Origin: Lama glama
Lineage: Eukaryota
Assembly (NCBI GenBank): GCA_028534125.1
Contig: CM052817.1
Span: 47,060,001 to 47,124,000 of the forward strand
Direction of reading: 5' to 3'
Length of the DNA stretch: 64,000 nt
This document shows positions 50,755-64,000 of this stretch, piece after piece. A model generated the notes under the pieces. It worked only from the letters and a program-made list of their open reading frames with translations. It was not told the origin of the DNA and ran no database searches. Both the position numbers and the translations under genes were made by a program. The first letter of the stretch is position 1. The number at the start of each line of letters is the position of its first letter.

Positions 50755-52430
50755 CTGTGTGTGACCACTACCACAATCAAACTATAGAATAGGTCTGCCC
50801 TCCTATAGATTCCCTTGGGGCCTTTGCAGACAGACCTTTTCCACCAGCTCCCAACTCCAGGCAACCACTACCCTGCTTTCTGTTATTATAGATTAGATTT
50901 CCCTTTTCTAGATACTAATGTGAATGGATTTTTCTGGCTTCTTTCTCTCATCATATTATTTTTGAAATTAATTCACAGTGTTGCATGTATCAGGAGATCA
51001 CCCCTCTTTGTCACTACACAGCCTTACACTGTATGGATATACTAAATTTTGCCTATTTATTAACTTGCTGATGGATATTTGAGTAGCCAGTTTTGGACTA
51101 TTATGAATAAAGCTGCTATAAACATAAACAAGCACACATCTTTTGTTTAGTGATATGTTTTTATTTCTCTGTCAAAAACCTAGGAGTAGAATTACTGAGC
51201 TAAATTGTAAGTACATATTAAACTCTATGGGAAACTGGCAAACAGTTTTCCACGATGGTGATGCCATTTTAAGTCCCCACTAGCAGCATCTGACAGTGCT
51301 GGTTGCTCTATCTCACTCATCTTTGATATTGTTAGGTTTTAAAATTTTAAACATTCCATTGGGTATGTAGTGATATCTCATTTAGTGGTTTTAATTTGCA
51401 TTTCATGACAACCAAAAATGCTGAGCAGCATTTTATACAGCTATTGGTGATTCATGCATCTTCTGTTGTAAAGTGGCTACAAAATCCTTGTAAATACCAA
51501 TTAGGTCTTTTTTACATCTTCTATTTCTCTCATCATGTTTATGCTTTCCTCTGTCTTCTTGAGCATATGGAGCATATTTAAAATAACTGTTACAATGTCT
51601 TTGTCTGCAAATTCCATTAACTCTGTTGTTTTTGGATTTGTTTCTGTTGATTGGTATTTTTCCTGCTTATAGGCCATATTTTTCTGATTGTTTTCTTGCC
51701 TGGTAATTTTTGTTCTGATGTCAGACATTGTGAATTTTTTGTTCTTGGCTGCTGGATTTTGTTGCATTCTTTTAAATATTTTTGGGCTTTGTTCTGGCAG
51801 GCAGGTAAGTTATTTGGAATCTGACCCAGTTAAGGCTTACTTCTGAGTTTTGTTTAGGCATGGCTAAGAGTAGTCTTTAGACAGATGGTCTATAGCCTAA
51901 GGCTATAAAGATTTACCTCTGAGGACTCTACCAATGGTCCCCTTTATTATGAGATGTTTTCAGTCTGTCTTGTGGGACAAAAATCATTCCTAGTGCTGGG
52001 TGAGATCTGGCAATTTGTTTGTTTGGCACACTGCTTTTTGGTGGTTATTTACCCCACCTTGTGGAGTATGACTTCTTGTAGGCACAGACAAATACTCAAC
52101 AAAAGATTCAAGAGGTGCTTCCTCTTATGTACTAACAACAAATTCTAAGTGCTTTTACTTTCTCATATTCTGGTCTCTACTTCCTCAATTCAGTGAGATG
52201 GCTGGGCTCTGTTTGTGCTTCCCCAGTCTAAGCTGAGGCATGGGAACTTTCTAGGCAGGAAACCAGGGCTTATTTATTCATTTCTATTCTATCAGAGATC
52301 ACAGTCCTGTTCTATCTGTTGTTTAATGTCTGAAAGCATTTGTCGAGGTATTTTGTCTAGTTTTCTAGTTGTTTCATGTGGGAGGGTAAATTTAGTCACT
52401 GCTACTTCTTCATGACTAGAAGCAGAGTCC
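50755..52430 (-). mobile_element. Old L1 (L1MC/MD-type): 3' end (~50755-51490) abutting 5' UTR/ORF1 start (~51500-52430)
   Basis: ORF 51501-51767 'KFTMSDIRTKITR...ELMEFADKDIVTVILNMLHMLK' is the old L1 ORF1 N-terminal region; 3' part contains 'caggcaaccac...ttatgaataaagctgctataaacat'. Confidence 0.8.
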
Positions 52431-52669
52431 CCTCCTTAAGCTACTGCGTATCCTGGCAACTTTGAGGGTAACTGAGTGTCATCTTTTGTATACTGACAGT
52501 CACTGTGATTGTGCTAATGGGTTGGGTTAATTATAGCATGTCAGCATATATTAGGTGGAATTTTTACTAAATAATGTATTTTTCTCAGCTTGTACAGAAT
52601 TGGGCTTGTTAGGCCATGAATTGACATAAAGTCTTCAAGTAAATGGGAAGCACAATATAATATTCATTT

Positions 52670-53060
52670 TTAATCAGTAAAGACCAACTTGACATAGTTT
52701 AAAATATCAACAACATCAAGAAAAAGTATTTATAGGGGTATCTCATAGAACTCCAAAACACCTGAGCCCGTAGCCTACTGGAATAGGAATTAAAACATAC
52801 GTCTGTAACCCAAGCAACGCTCTTTCTCTCCAGTGCCTGGTCCTCACCATAGAGCTTTATTCTTTTCTATCAACTGGCATTATCTTCTGCTTTGTGTGCA
52901 TGAGGCTGAATGGCTACCCCCAGTTCTCAAGTTGGCATTATCTTGGTTCTGGTCATATGGCAGAAGCTAATTAGCTGTGTCTGAGCCTTTATTCCAGATT
53001 CCTAAGAAAAACGTGATTAGCCTTTATAGGGTCAATTATGTGCACATGGGAAGGGTGTGT
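52670..53060 (-). mobile_element. Decayed MaLR LTR (MLT1K/L-like)
   Basis: Weak similarity: 'gggtatctcatagaactcc', 'ccagattcctaagaaaaacgtgattagcc'. Confidence 0.35.
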
Positions 53061-53799
53061 GTGGTATGGTAAGCAGCAATTAAAGAAATGGGATCATTGT
53101 AAAGTGAGCAGAGACTGAAGTTATTTCCATCCATTTGAAATCTGGGAAGCAGTGTCGAAAGCAAATCAAGGAATTGGTAGGTGAAATTCACCAAGTTTTA
53201 TCTAGGAAAAAAATCTTAAAACCAGGAAATTTAAGGATCAAGGGAATTCTTGATTAAAGATATGAGTGGAGGATGAGAAAAGTGGTAGATTTTGCTTAAT
53301 TTATAGAGGCTTGTTTTGATTGGCCAAATGCTTATTAATTTAATGAAATGTAATACACAAAATGGGTGGTATACAGAAAGCGTTGGTTAGTTCCACCTCC
53401 CCTCTCACACTCCTCTGACTTGGGTTGCTTTAGAGGAAATGCATAAATGCTGAAGGGCTATTGGTTATAAGAACAGTAAAAATCGAGGAGAGAATTAAAA
53501 GGCTAACAGGCTTCAGAGTTTCCAAAAAAGGAATTATAAGAATGTCACAGGCAGCAAGAGTGTTGTGGACGTGAAACTGAGCCTAATATCTCAGCCAGAG
53601 GTCTCCAAAAGGTGTGCAGACTCCTAAGGATCAAATGCTGGAGTGCAGAAAGAAATATTTAATTTCTGTTTGTACTTATGCTTTACCTAAAACTTAAGAA
53701 GGAAAGGAAACTTTACTGATGTTTCATATATAGGTCAAAGCCAGTAGCTTAACTTGGACTGCATGTTAGACTAAAGCTATCATGTCTGACACAGGATAG

Positions 53800-54060
53800 A
53801 GAGGGAATATGCGTTATGGCTGAGATCACACACTCTGCAACCATACTCCCTGGATTGAGTCCCATCTCTTACACCAGTTACCTGTGTGACTTACACGACT
53901 TACTTAACCTCTGTGTGCCTCTTTTCCTCACATGTGAAATAGGAATGAAAATAATCTTATTTCACAGAATTGTTCTAAAGAAAAATGATCGGATATATGT
54001 AAAGTGCTTGGAAGAGTGGCTGGTACACAGAAGCATGATATGAGTACTAGGAATAACTAT
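53800..54060 (+). mobile_element. MIR SINE
   Basis: 'ctgtgtgacttacacgacttacttaacctctgtgtgcctcttttcctcacatgtgaaatagg...atatgtaaagtgcttggaagagtggctggtacacag'. Confidence 0.88.
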
Positions 54061-54998
54061 GATCCTGAGAAAAGCATGGGGTTCTAAGCACGGAGGAGCT
54101 GATGGTGGTGCCTTCCCTCATTAGTTAAATTTTAGCACTATGTGATATATTTTCATTCAGATGCATTTTATTAAATGGAATCATACAGATTATAACATTT
54201 ACTTTTAGTGAGAACAGAAAGGCTTCTTGGTATCTTTAATATATGGAAATATGCAACAAATTATTTTTTCTTATAAATTTAGAATAAGAACTCTTGATTT
54301 TGGCTCTTAGCAACTCTTAAGTTCTTCTCTTTCTCAAAATGATAGTTTCCAGTTTATTGTTTGTTATTCACATCCTCTTTATTTGAGACATATTTTAAGG
54401 CACTTCACTTAATGCAAGAAAACTCACCAGAAAATCACTACCAGATTAGTTGTAACAGGCATCAACACTATGATGGAATCTTTAATTTGGGGTCAAATTA
54501 AAGGCCAGACATCATCTTTGACTTGAAAAATAAAAAAGACCCCCAAAGGTAGAATGTGTGCACATAATTGTAAGTATTAGGAGGACCTGAATGGGTTGAA
54601 TTGTGCAGATTGTTCTGCCTGGTTGGGAACAGGAAATTGAGAGAACTTTCTTGGATGATGGCAAAATGAGATCAAGGTATCAATCTCGTAAAGAAACTTT
54701 TGCATGCTAAACCCTCTCAGTGCCTGTGCCATTGTGGCATAGATGGGTAGGTGAGGAAACATTTCATGTTTTGTAGAAAAGGCAAAAACTCAGCAGAACT
54801 GATATTGAGAATGCTTAAAAATAGTGGAAAGTGTTTTTACATGGCTTTCTAAGATTAAGGACCAAGACAACCATCCTGCATTGTGGTCCCTGTGCGGTCC
54901 CTTTCCATTTTCCTTCACTGTGCAGGTGCATGCCCGGAGAGTCAGAATTTGTTTCTTAGAGAAGAAAAACAGCCAAAGTGAAGGGTATACTCAAATGG

Positions 54999-55490
54999 TG
55001 TTATGGTTAATTTTGTGTGTCAACTTGACTGGGCCACAGGGTGCCCAGATATTTGGTCAGACATATTCTGGGTGTGTCTGTGAAGGTGTTTATTTGATGA
55101 AATTAGCAATTGGATCAGTAGACTGAATAAAGCAGATTGCCCTCCTAATGTGGGTGGCCCTCATTCAATCTGAGGGCCTGAATAGGGCAAAGAGACTCAT
55201 CTTCCCAAGAATAACATGGTGCTGAGCTGGGACATTGGTCTTTTTCTTGCCTCTGGAGTTGAATTGAAAAATTAGCACTATTTGGGTCTCAAGCCTGCTA
55301 GCTTTCAGGCTGGAACTAATACCATCAGCTCTTCTGGGTCTGCAGCTGACTGCAGATCCTGGGACTTCTTCACTTTCATAGCTCATGTGAGTCAATTCCT
55401 TATAATAGATCTCTTCATGTGATAAAATTACATACATAAATTCAAGAAATATTTCTTATGGGTTTTGTTTCTCTGGAAAACTCTAATGCA
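54999..55490 (+). mobile_element. ERVL solo LTR, MLT2B-like
   Basis: 'tgttatggttaattttgtgtgtcaacttgactgggccacagggtgcccaga...gagggcctgaatag...tgtttctctggaaaactctaatgca'. Confidence 0.92.
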
Positions 55491-56018
55491 AGAGTCAATA
55501 ATATTAGGAATGATTATTCTTATTTTAATATATTCTGAATATATAGAATGAAGAAAAATGGCCCACATACTGGCTTAGGTAACATACACTTAAGAAACTG
55601 AATTCAGTGTAGAGGTCTGAAAGAAAAACTAAACAAAAATAGTCCTGAATTAAGAATACAATTCACTCCAAAATACTACTTTTTGTGCTAATGATACAGC
55701 TTCTTTGGGATTAAATGCAGTACACAGCTGCTTAAATCGTTATATTGTATATTGATAGAGTAAAGAAATATAAATTAAGCTTAAATGAAGTTTACATGTA
55801 TATAAAAGGTGAATAACTGCATCATTTAATAAGACAGGCTACTCTTCAGAATCATTCCATATATTTCTGATGTATTTTTTGGAGTTGAACATTAACAATA
55901 ACATTACTGAGGATTTTTTATTTGTCTTTGTCTTTTAACTATTAATGAGTTTCCCCATTCACTTAACAATATGACACCATGATTTGGCAATATAGAAAAT
56001 AAACATTTGTGGCATGGC

Positions 56019-58041
56019 TTTTCTTTTTAAATTGAAATATAGTTGATTAACAATGTTGTGTTAGTTTCATGTGTGCAGTAAAGTGGTTCAGTTATATGTA
56101 TATATATCTATGTATTTTTTTCATATTCTTTTCTATTATAGTTTATTACAAGATACTGAATGTAGTTCCCTGTGCTACTAGTCCCTATGGGACCTTGTTA
56201 TTTATCTATTTTATGTATAGTAGTTTGTATCTGCTAATCCTAAACTCCTAATTTATCCTTCCCCCACCCTTTCCCTTTTGGTAACCATAGTTTATTTTCT
56301 ATGTCTGTGAGTCTGTTTCTGTTTTCATTTGCATCGTATTTTAGGTTCCACATATAAGTGATACATGATACTTTCTTTCTCTGTCTGACTTACTACACTT
56401 AGTATGATAATCTCTAGGTTCATCCATATTGGTACAATGGCATTATTTCATTCTTTTTTATGACTGAGTAATATTCCATTGTATATATATACCACATCTT
56501 CTTTATTCATTTATCTGTTGATGGACATTTAGTTTGCTTCCATGTCTTGGCTATTGTAAATAGTGCTGCTGTGAACATTGGGGTGCATGTATCTTTTCAA
56601 ATTAGAATTTTCTCTGTATAAATGTTCAGGAGTGGAATTGTTGGATCATATGGTAACTATATTTTTAGTATTTTAAGAAACCTCCATATTGTTCTCCATA
56701 GTGGCTACACCAATGTACAGTTCCACCAACAGCATAGAAGGGTTCCTTTTTTTCCACCCTCTCTCAGCATTTATTGTTTGTAGATTTTTTAATGATGGCC
56801 ATTCTGACTGATGTGAGGTGATACCTCACTGTACTCTTGATTTGCATTTCTCTGATAATTAGCAATGTTGAACATCTTTTCATGTGCCTATTGACCATTT
56901 GTATGGCTTCTTTGGAGAAATGTGTATTTAGGTCTTCTGCCCATTTTTTGATTGGGTTTTTGTTGTTGTTGTTGTTACTGAGTTGTATGAGCTGTTTATA
57001 TATTTTGGAAACTAATTCCTTGTCAGTTATATCATTTGCAGATATTTTCTCCTATTCCATATGTTTTCTTTTTGTTTAATTTATGGTTTCTTTTGCTGCA
57101 CCAAAGCTTATAAGTTTGATTAAGTCCCATTGGTGTATATTTCTATTGCCTTGGGAGACTGACCTAGGAAAACATTGCTACGATTTATGTGAGAGAATGT
57201 TTTGGCTATGTTCTCTTTTAGTTTTATGGTATCCTGTCTTATATTTAAGTCTTTGAGCCATTTTGAGTTTATTTTTGTGTATGGTGTGAAGGAGTGTTTT
57301 CACTTCATTGATTTACCTAAGGTTGCCTAGCTTTCCCAACACCAGTTGCCAAAGAGGTTGCTTTTCTCCACTGTATATTCTTGCCTCTTTTGTTGAAGAT
57401 TAATTGACCATAGGTATGTAGATTTATTTCTGGGCTCTCTATTCTGTTTTATTGATCCATATGTCTGTTTTTGTGCCAATACCAAGCTGTTTTGATTACT
57501 GTAGTTCTGTAGTATTATCTGAAGTTGAGAGGGTTATGCCTCCAGCTCTGTTCTTTTTCCTCAGGATTGCTTTAGCAATTCTGGGTCTTTTGTGACTTCA
57601 TATAAATTTTAGGATTATTTGTTCTAGTTCTGTAAAAAATGTCCTGGGTAATTTGATAGGGATTGCATTAAATCTACTGATTGCTTTGGGTGGTATGGCC
57701 ATTTTAACAATATTAATTCTTCTAATCCAAGAGCATGACATATCTTTCCATTTCTTTGAATCATTAATTTTCTTTATCAATGTTTTATAGTTCTCAGCAT
57801 ATAAGTCTTTCACCTCCTTGGTCAGATTTATTCCTAAGTATTTTGTTTTTCTTAATGCGATTTTAAAAGGAATTATTTTTTTAACTTTCCATTTCTGATA
57901 TTTCATTGTTAGTGTAAAGAAATGCAACAGTTTTCTGTATGTTAATCTTGTATCCTACTACTTTGCTGAATTCGTTTATCAGTTCTAGAAGATTTTGTGT
58001 GGAGTCTTTAGAGTTTTTCAATAGGTAGCATCTTGTCACCT
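56019..58041 (-). mobile_element. 5'-truncated L1, ~2 kb (ORF2 C-terminal third plus 3' UTR)
   Basis: ORF 57598-57927 '[22 protein letters not shown]...[14 protein letters not shown]...FNAIPIK' is L1 ORF2p; no TSD found. Confidence 0.95.
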
Positions 58042-58844
58042 AGGCAGCCATGAAACCAAATAAAGCACAAGATGAGACCCAGTGTTTTATATTTAACCTC
58101 TTTTCCTATGTGCAAAATGGTCTGAATTTAGTGAGAAAATGTTCCCCTGAAACCTTAGAAAATGCTTACTTGGACTAAACCTCAAAAAAAATTGGAGCTG
58201 GAAAGAGAAGGAAAAAGATACATTTTAATAATCTGAGTGAAAAAAAGCAGAGATTGGACAAGTTCTCAAATAGGACATATTTCAGGATAAATTTTCGATG
58301 AGCTCTGTTATCTTAGCCTTTGGGATAAATTGGGTAGGTGCCTTGATAAGCAGGCAAGCAGTGGTATTAGTGAAATTGATCAAGTGGACACTAAACACAG
58401 CTCTGGCTTTACCAGTCTGTACTTGCCTGGGCTTTTCCACCCATCTCAGGTATGCTTGTAATAGTTGGAGATTCTGGGATCAATTTCCTAGGCTTCACAT
58501 AGCCAAAAGTCAAATACTATTCATATTTCATTCCCAGTTTCACCACAAGTCCAAGCTTCTGCCAAATATCCTAATACCAGAATCCAGAATATATTCCTGG
58601 CAGACTTTCTTTCTTAAAAGGTATTATTCATGTGATTGTCTGGGGATTGGATAACATGACTTTTAATTTAACCAGAAGGCAATAGCAATGCCCTAGATGC
58701 TACTTGTGAGACAGTGTCTGTTTGAGAACAGTGGTCTTTTGAGGAAGAATTAGATGTGCATGTAGAGGGATAACCTACCAATTTCCAACAATAAAACCAG
58801 ACTTTTTGGCAAACAAGTTCTGGGTAGTGTGTAGCTTATAATAC

Positions 58845-59190
58845 TCTTTTACTTATAGATTGGAGGGGTCCAGCTCTTGAACAATAAGGAAAATAAATCC
58901 AGGAAGGTGGAGTGTAGGGGAGATTGTTGCTGTTTTCCCTCAAAAGGAATTACAGAGCACCAGTACCGGTGGGAATGCACAATTCTGAGAGCTACTTTGG
59001 TTTCTTGGTGGAGGCTAAGAGAGGAAGGTTAGATAATATATTTTATGTCAAAGGCTGAAGTTTAATAGAGTTAGACTAAATCTTACGGGGAAGGGGAATT
59101 GACGGTTTGCAGTTTCATTTGTTAGAGAATTTCTGTCCTGTCTTTAAAGACATGATAATTATATGGAACAAGAAACAATAAAGTCACAGG
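58845..59190 (-). mobile_element. Possible ERV1-type LTR fragment
   Basis: 'ggaggggtccagctct...aggaattacagagc...gtttaatagag...aaagacatgataattata...aagtcaca' resembles LTR layout; family not recognised. Confidence 0.3.
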
Positions 59191-59559
59191 TAAAATAGTG
59201 AATTGATCAAATAAGTTTCCTAAACTTTTTCTTCTTCCTTTACCAAGCTTGTCTCTCCTTTCCCATTACCCGGAGGCTTCATCTTTCATCATAATCACTC
59301 ATCCTGTGTCATTTCCCCTGAGGCTCTTTTAGACTCTAATGAAAAAACTAAAAATTCTATTTCGATGATAGTGTCAGTGACTGATTATTGTTCAATGTGT
59401 TATCCCTCTTAGGTAATATTGTAATTTAAGCAATAATTTTCTGCAACTCTATCCAAAGGAGTGACCTATGATGAGCAGTTTAGGCTCCTTCTTAATGCTA
59501 TTATAAATACTACCTCTTTGACCCAGAAAAGCAGATAAATTAAAATATTCTTCTAGGTC

Positions 59560-60110
59560 TTAGAATTCAACACATATTTAATAAAAAACCAACTATTTGT
59601 CAGGGACTGTTCTAGACATATGAAAACAAAGATGAATAAAATACAACCCTTGTCCTCAGCAAGCCACTTGAAGATGTTACTAGAGGGAAAGTGTTGGAGT
59701 CCCCAGGTGGGGAGGAGGTCATTCACTGAGAGGGTGTGAAGCCAGGTAAGACTGTGAGCTCCCAGGGGATATGCTAGTCACTCCTCTGTCTCTTATTGCA
59801 ACATCCACGCCTTGTCTTCCCCACTATATTGTGAGATCCTTGCTCGGGGAACAAGTCTTACATCCATACTCTCAGTGCTTCTAGTCAGTTAGCCAGATTT
59901 TGGTTGTATAACCAGTTGGTAAATTGTGACCTCGAGCACATTTATTTATCTCCTCAAGCCCCAGTTTCCTTATCTGTGAAAATGAGGAAGTGATAATCCC
60001 TAAATTGCTAATTTGGGGGAGGATTTAATTGGATAATTCATGCAAAGCACAGAGAGCAGTTCCTGGTACATAGTTAGCCTTCAAAAAATGTTGACAAATG
60101 TAACGTAAAT
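59560..60110. mobile_element. Cluster of L2 fragments (59560-59885) and a MIR (59890-60110, +)
   Basis: 'ttcaacacatatttaata...gactgttctagaca', 'ttgtgagatccttg', 'cccagtttccttatctgtgaaaatgagg'. Confidence 0.75.
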
Positions 60111-60624
60111 AAAAGTTGATGTACCATGTGGCTTGATCTTTACATGGAATTAAATCAAAGGAAATACAAGTCCAGTTCTGGAATCCTTGATGAATGATGT
60201 AGGGCTTTGGTGTCATTTTCATAAAGAAAGTGGCCCAGAGATTCCATAGAGACTAATACATAAGAAGCTTCAGAGAAAGTCTAGAGTATTTCTAGTAATT
60301 TGTTCCATTGTCTCTCCAGATTCCATTGCATTCATGGCAGCTGCTAACAAGCTCTCTTACTTTCTCAGCTACATTTGTCTCTGCATTTACTCCTCCTCCC
60401 CTGTTCCCTGAAGAGCCAACTCACCGTTCATGCTCATGCACACACTTCCCATGCACTTCCCCATGCCTGAAGTATGACCACCCCCACTAATGCACAGCTC
60501 CTGAAAAGCCTAGGTTTTATCTCATTTGGATTTATTTTCTCAGAAGCATTAGCTCCCCTGAAATTGAGATGAATCAAGTGCTGTATCTTAGTGCATCGTA
60601 TTCATAACATTATCAGTAAATGAA

Positions 60625-60752
60625 TAACCAGCTTATGGCACTGCTGTTGTAGCAATGAAAAGACCAGTAGACAATATGGCAATGGATGGAGTGTGGCTGT
60701 GTTAAAAAAATTTTTATAGAAAAACAGGTAGATTATAATTTTCTGACCCCAT
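60625..60752 (+). mobile_element. MER58A fragment
   Basis: 'ctgctgttgtagcaatgaaaag...tagacaata...gtgtggctgtgtt...aaaaacagg...tttctgacccc'. Confidence 0.7.
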
Positions 60753-61030
60753 TGTAAGGACTTTGTCTTTTATTTTGAGGACATAAGATGCTGTCAAAAG
60801 GTTCAGGGCAGAAGGGTGGCATAGTCTTACATTTGAAGAGGATCACTCTGGGTCTGTGTTGAGAATTAACCATAAGGAAACAAAGGTAGAGGGAGGAGAA
60901 CAGGTTAGGGTATTATTGCAACAAAGAATGATGGCAAGAAAGTGAGAAGCTATGGGATTCTGGAGATATTTTGAATGTAAATAGTACAGGATTTGCTGAT
61001 GGATTAAATGTGTGTTAGGAGTAGTAAAAA
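60753..61030 (-). mobile_element. L2a fragment
   Basis: 'gtaaggactttg...gaggatcactctgg...ggattctggagatattttgaa...acaggatttgctgatggatt'. Confidence 0.8.
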
Positions 61031-61536
61031 TCTGGGGGTGCGATGGTCATTTAGAAAGCTCTATGGTACTTCACATGAGGGGTGATGCTGGACTGAACTA
61101 AGGCAATGGCTTATTAATTTTATGCAAAAAGCTGGCTTTGTGAAGGGTTATGGGTGGGGCAGGGAGTTATTCCTTGATACTCTTTTCACATAGGAAAACT
61201 ATTGATTTGCCTCATTTCCTGCTAATGCGTTTCTTCTGGGCTGCTAAAGCCACAAGACAAACTTAAGAGAAAATGTGAGGGGTTCCTGATAATGTCCCTC
61301 CCAGCTCTGTGCCTGCAGATGCTAGCCTGAGTGGTGAGAATCCTCTTAGCCTCTAGGGGGTGATGGTTGTACGCCTAATACAAAGGGAGTAGGCTGAGGT
61401 TGACTTGGTTTCTTGTCTTTATTCAACTGTTTACTATATGGATATCTGAGCTTAGTTATAGTCCTGAGAAACTATCTACATATATTATGAAATGTATGGT
61501 CTTCTGATTATATAATACACCTTTATTTTTATATTT

Positions 61537-61788
61537 ATTTACTTTTTCACTAAAGTATAGTTGATTTACAATGTCTTGTTAATTTCAGGAATACAGCAAA
61601 GTGATTCAGTTCTTTCTATCTATCTATCTATCTATCTATCTACCTATCTACCTAGCTATCTAGCTTTTTCAGATTCTTTTCTGTTACAGGTTATTACAAG
61701 ATATTGAGTATAATTCCCTGTGCTATACAGTAGATCCTTGTTGTTTATCTATTTTGTACATAGTAGTATCTTAGTCCCAAATTCCTAG
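61537..61788 (-). mobile_element. Short L1 3' UTR with an internal (TCTA)n array
   Basis: 'aagtatagttgatttacaatg...cagcaaagtgattcagtt...ttccctgtgctatacagtag'; 15-bp TSD tttatttttatattt at 61522-61536 and 61789-61803. Confidence 0.9.
61614..61664. repeat. (TCTA)n tetranucleotide microsatellite
   Basis: Directly visible. Confidence 0.93.
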
Positions 61789-62269
61789 TTTATTTTTATA
61801 TTTTTATTTTGTAATACACTGTAAAAGAAAAAAATCACTGCCAGTTGAAACACCAAGTTTCTTATCACCTCAGTATTGAGACACATCCTGATTTTAGAGC
61901 TGTTAAAATGTTAAAATGTATATTTTAAAAATCAATGAAATACAGCATGCTAAAGCAACAACAGTGCGAGATGAAAGCCAAACGAGAACAAGGCGTTTTT
62001 GTCCTGTGCGCCCGTAGTGCATGAGTGCTGTCTGGTAAGTCTAGTGTTTATCCTACATGAATTTAAAAAATTACTGGTAAAGCTTATAAAGCCTATTTAA
62101 ATTATATTTTAGTGGATATCTTGTTAAAATGTATTATGCATTTTAGCTGACCCTACTGTCACATCTCAAAAAGAGCATACTGAATAATATTCTACCTTTT
62201 TATCAATGACTTAAAGTCATGATTATAAATACCATTTGTTTCCAAGACAACAGTCTCTTTGTTTTATTC

Positions 62270-63370
62270 CTATTTTAGTGGCTTCTCTGTCTCACTTGTC
62301 GATTCCTTCTCATTTTCCCTAAGTCCTTACCCTGGGCTCAATCCTTGCATATCTAGTCTTCTCTTTCCATACTTGGTGCTCAGGTGAGCTCCCTAAATTC
62401 ATGGCTTTAAATACTTTAAATATCACAGTCAGAACCTCTCTCTGGACTTCTTATATATAATTATACAGTTCACTTGGTTGTCTATTTGAGCATCTCAAAC
62501 CTGATATCTCCAGATGAAACCCTCATTTTCCTTCTAAAAGTTCTTCCTTTTGCAGTCATTTTTATTTCAACAAGTGACATTTCCATTTATCCTGTTGCTT
62601 AGATCAAAAAATTTGGTCATCTTTGACTTCTTTCTCTCACTCCATATATCCAAGTCATCAGTAAGCTCTTTTCACTCTATCTACAGAATATATTCAGAAA
62701 TACACCATGTCTCACCACTTCCACCACGACCATCACTGCCTCTCACTTGGAGTTCAGTAGCCTCTCCCTGCTTCCGTCCTTGCCTCCCCAGCACACATTC
62801 TCTACCTGGTGGTTATAGGGATTCTTTAAAAATATGATCACACGATGTCACCTTTCTGGTTAAAACTCTCCAATGGCTTTGCAACTCCTTCAGAGTAAAA
62901 TCCAAAGTCCTTATCATGATCTACAAGGTCCCACGTGGCCTTGGCCTCTACTTCCTCTCTGACTTCATCTTTAGTCTCTCTTCCACTGGCTTACTCTGTT
63001 TCATCACTGGATTTCTCTGTGTGCTCCTAATACAGGGTTTCTTAGTCTTGATACTATTCGCATATACTTTGTTAGGGAGGGTTTGTCCTAAACATTGTAA
63101 GATGTTTTGTAGCATCCCTGGCCTCTACTCAGTAGATGGCAGTAATGTCCCCATGCTGTGACAATAATAAATATCTCCAGACACTGCCAAATGTCTTCTT
63201 GGGGTAGGGGGCAAAACAGACCCTGGTCAAGAACTGCTGCCCTGATGTATCAATCATGCTTCTTCCTCAGGGCCTCTCCTTCTCTTGTTCTCTCTGCCTT
63301 CTCCCAGAAACCACATGGCTTGTTTCCTCATTTGATCAGGTCTGTTGCAAATACCATCTTAACATAAACT
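62270..63370 (+). mobile_element. L2a fragment split by MER20
   Basis: 'catggctttaaatac...gcatctcaaac...catctttgacttctttct...aaaactctccaatggctt...cagagtaaaatccaaagtcctt', resuming 'cttcctcagggcct' after 63240. Confidence 0.85.
63033..63239 (-). mobile_element. MER20 (hAT-Charlie)
   Basis: 'agcatccctggcctctactcagtagatggcagta...tgtgacaa...tctccagacactgccaaatgtc'; CAG...CTG ends. Confidence 0.9.
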
Positions 63371-64000
63371 AGCCAACTCTCATTCCCTGTCAGTTACACA
63401 GTTATACAGTTGCTTTTTCTCTGTTCCATTTGCTGTTTCCTTGTTTTAGCCACTTCTAGGTGTTTTCTTCAATATGGAGGGAGCACAATTAGGGTAAAAC
63501 TCTTGGCCTCTTTGTTCACTCCACCCCACCACCCCGGGGAAGTAGGATGACTTACCTGATTGGCATATCTGGTAAGAAGAAACTGGATGTTTTTGGCTCA
63601 GTGCTTATTTGTTTTTTTCTCCTCTTGGAGGTCTGTTTCCCTCAAGAGCAGTTGAGGGGATCTGTTCCACTTGGTGTGTCTGTGACTGCATGGTAAGCTT
63701 GCCTCAATCTGAGGTGCAATGACATTTTGGCCTTTTTATCCAGATCCTCTTACTTAGCCTTTATCAGTAACAAAGGTGCTATTTTGAGCTCTTTATGCTA
63801 TGTCATCAATTTGTTCAAAACTTAGGGAAAAGGGATGCTATTTACCAGACTCCTTGAGACCGTAATGATTGATGCACTGAGAAATAAAGAAAAGACTGGA
63901 CGTTGGGGAAATACAATAATATGTGAACCACTGAGGATTCTGGTGTGGTGAGAGTATGCAGCTTTTGGTTTGGGATTTTGTTGTGTTGGGTAAGATATAC

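Larger units (their letters stand above)
61478..61946 (-). mobile_element. MER104-like (TcMar-Tc2) MITE interrupted by an L1 tail
   Basis: 'gacacatcctgattttagagctgttaaaatg...aatcaatgaaatacag' resembles the recalled MER104 terminus. Confidence 0.65.

Noticed and set aside
56010..58052. 'catggct' / 'agccatg' inverted match flanking the 2-kb L1
   Set aside because: Seven bases is within chance and gives no support for an inversion or a TSD.
1..64000. Prokaryotic-type systems (operons, CRISPR arrays, defence islands)
   Set aside because: The sequence is mammalian, repeat-dominated and has no long ORFs or repeat-spacer arrays.

Overview
AT-rich, CpG-poor mammalian genomic DNA, most likely camelid (Tylopoda): two tRNA-derived SINEs match the vic-1 layout and the younger L1 3' ends are artiodactyl-type. 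I recognise no host protein-coding exon, RNA gene or CRISPR array. The window reads as intergenic or deep intronic sequence tiled with interspersed repeats: L1, HAL1, L2, MIR, MaLR/ERVL/ERV1 LTRs, a near full-length Tigger1, MER44, MER58, MER20 and MER104. The ORF-track hits I can assign are dead TE fragments; the rest look like chance ORFs. Three structures stand out. (1) A 1.6-kb internally deleted ERV1 provirus (31090-32695) whose 3' LTR is a CpG island with YY1 and GC-box motifs, while the homologous part of its 5' LTR has no CpG; it is a candidate exapted LTR promoter. (2) A 2.1-kb TSD-bounded composite L1 insertion (28276-30366) that looks like a 3' transduction with an internal template-switch or conversion patch. 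(3) An L1 with only its 5' part, possibly inserted by internal priming. Repeat family names come from recalled consensus similarity, not a database search, and boundaries without a TSD are approximate.
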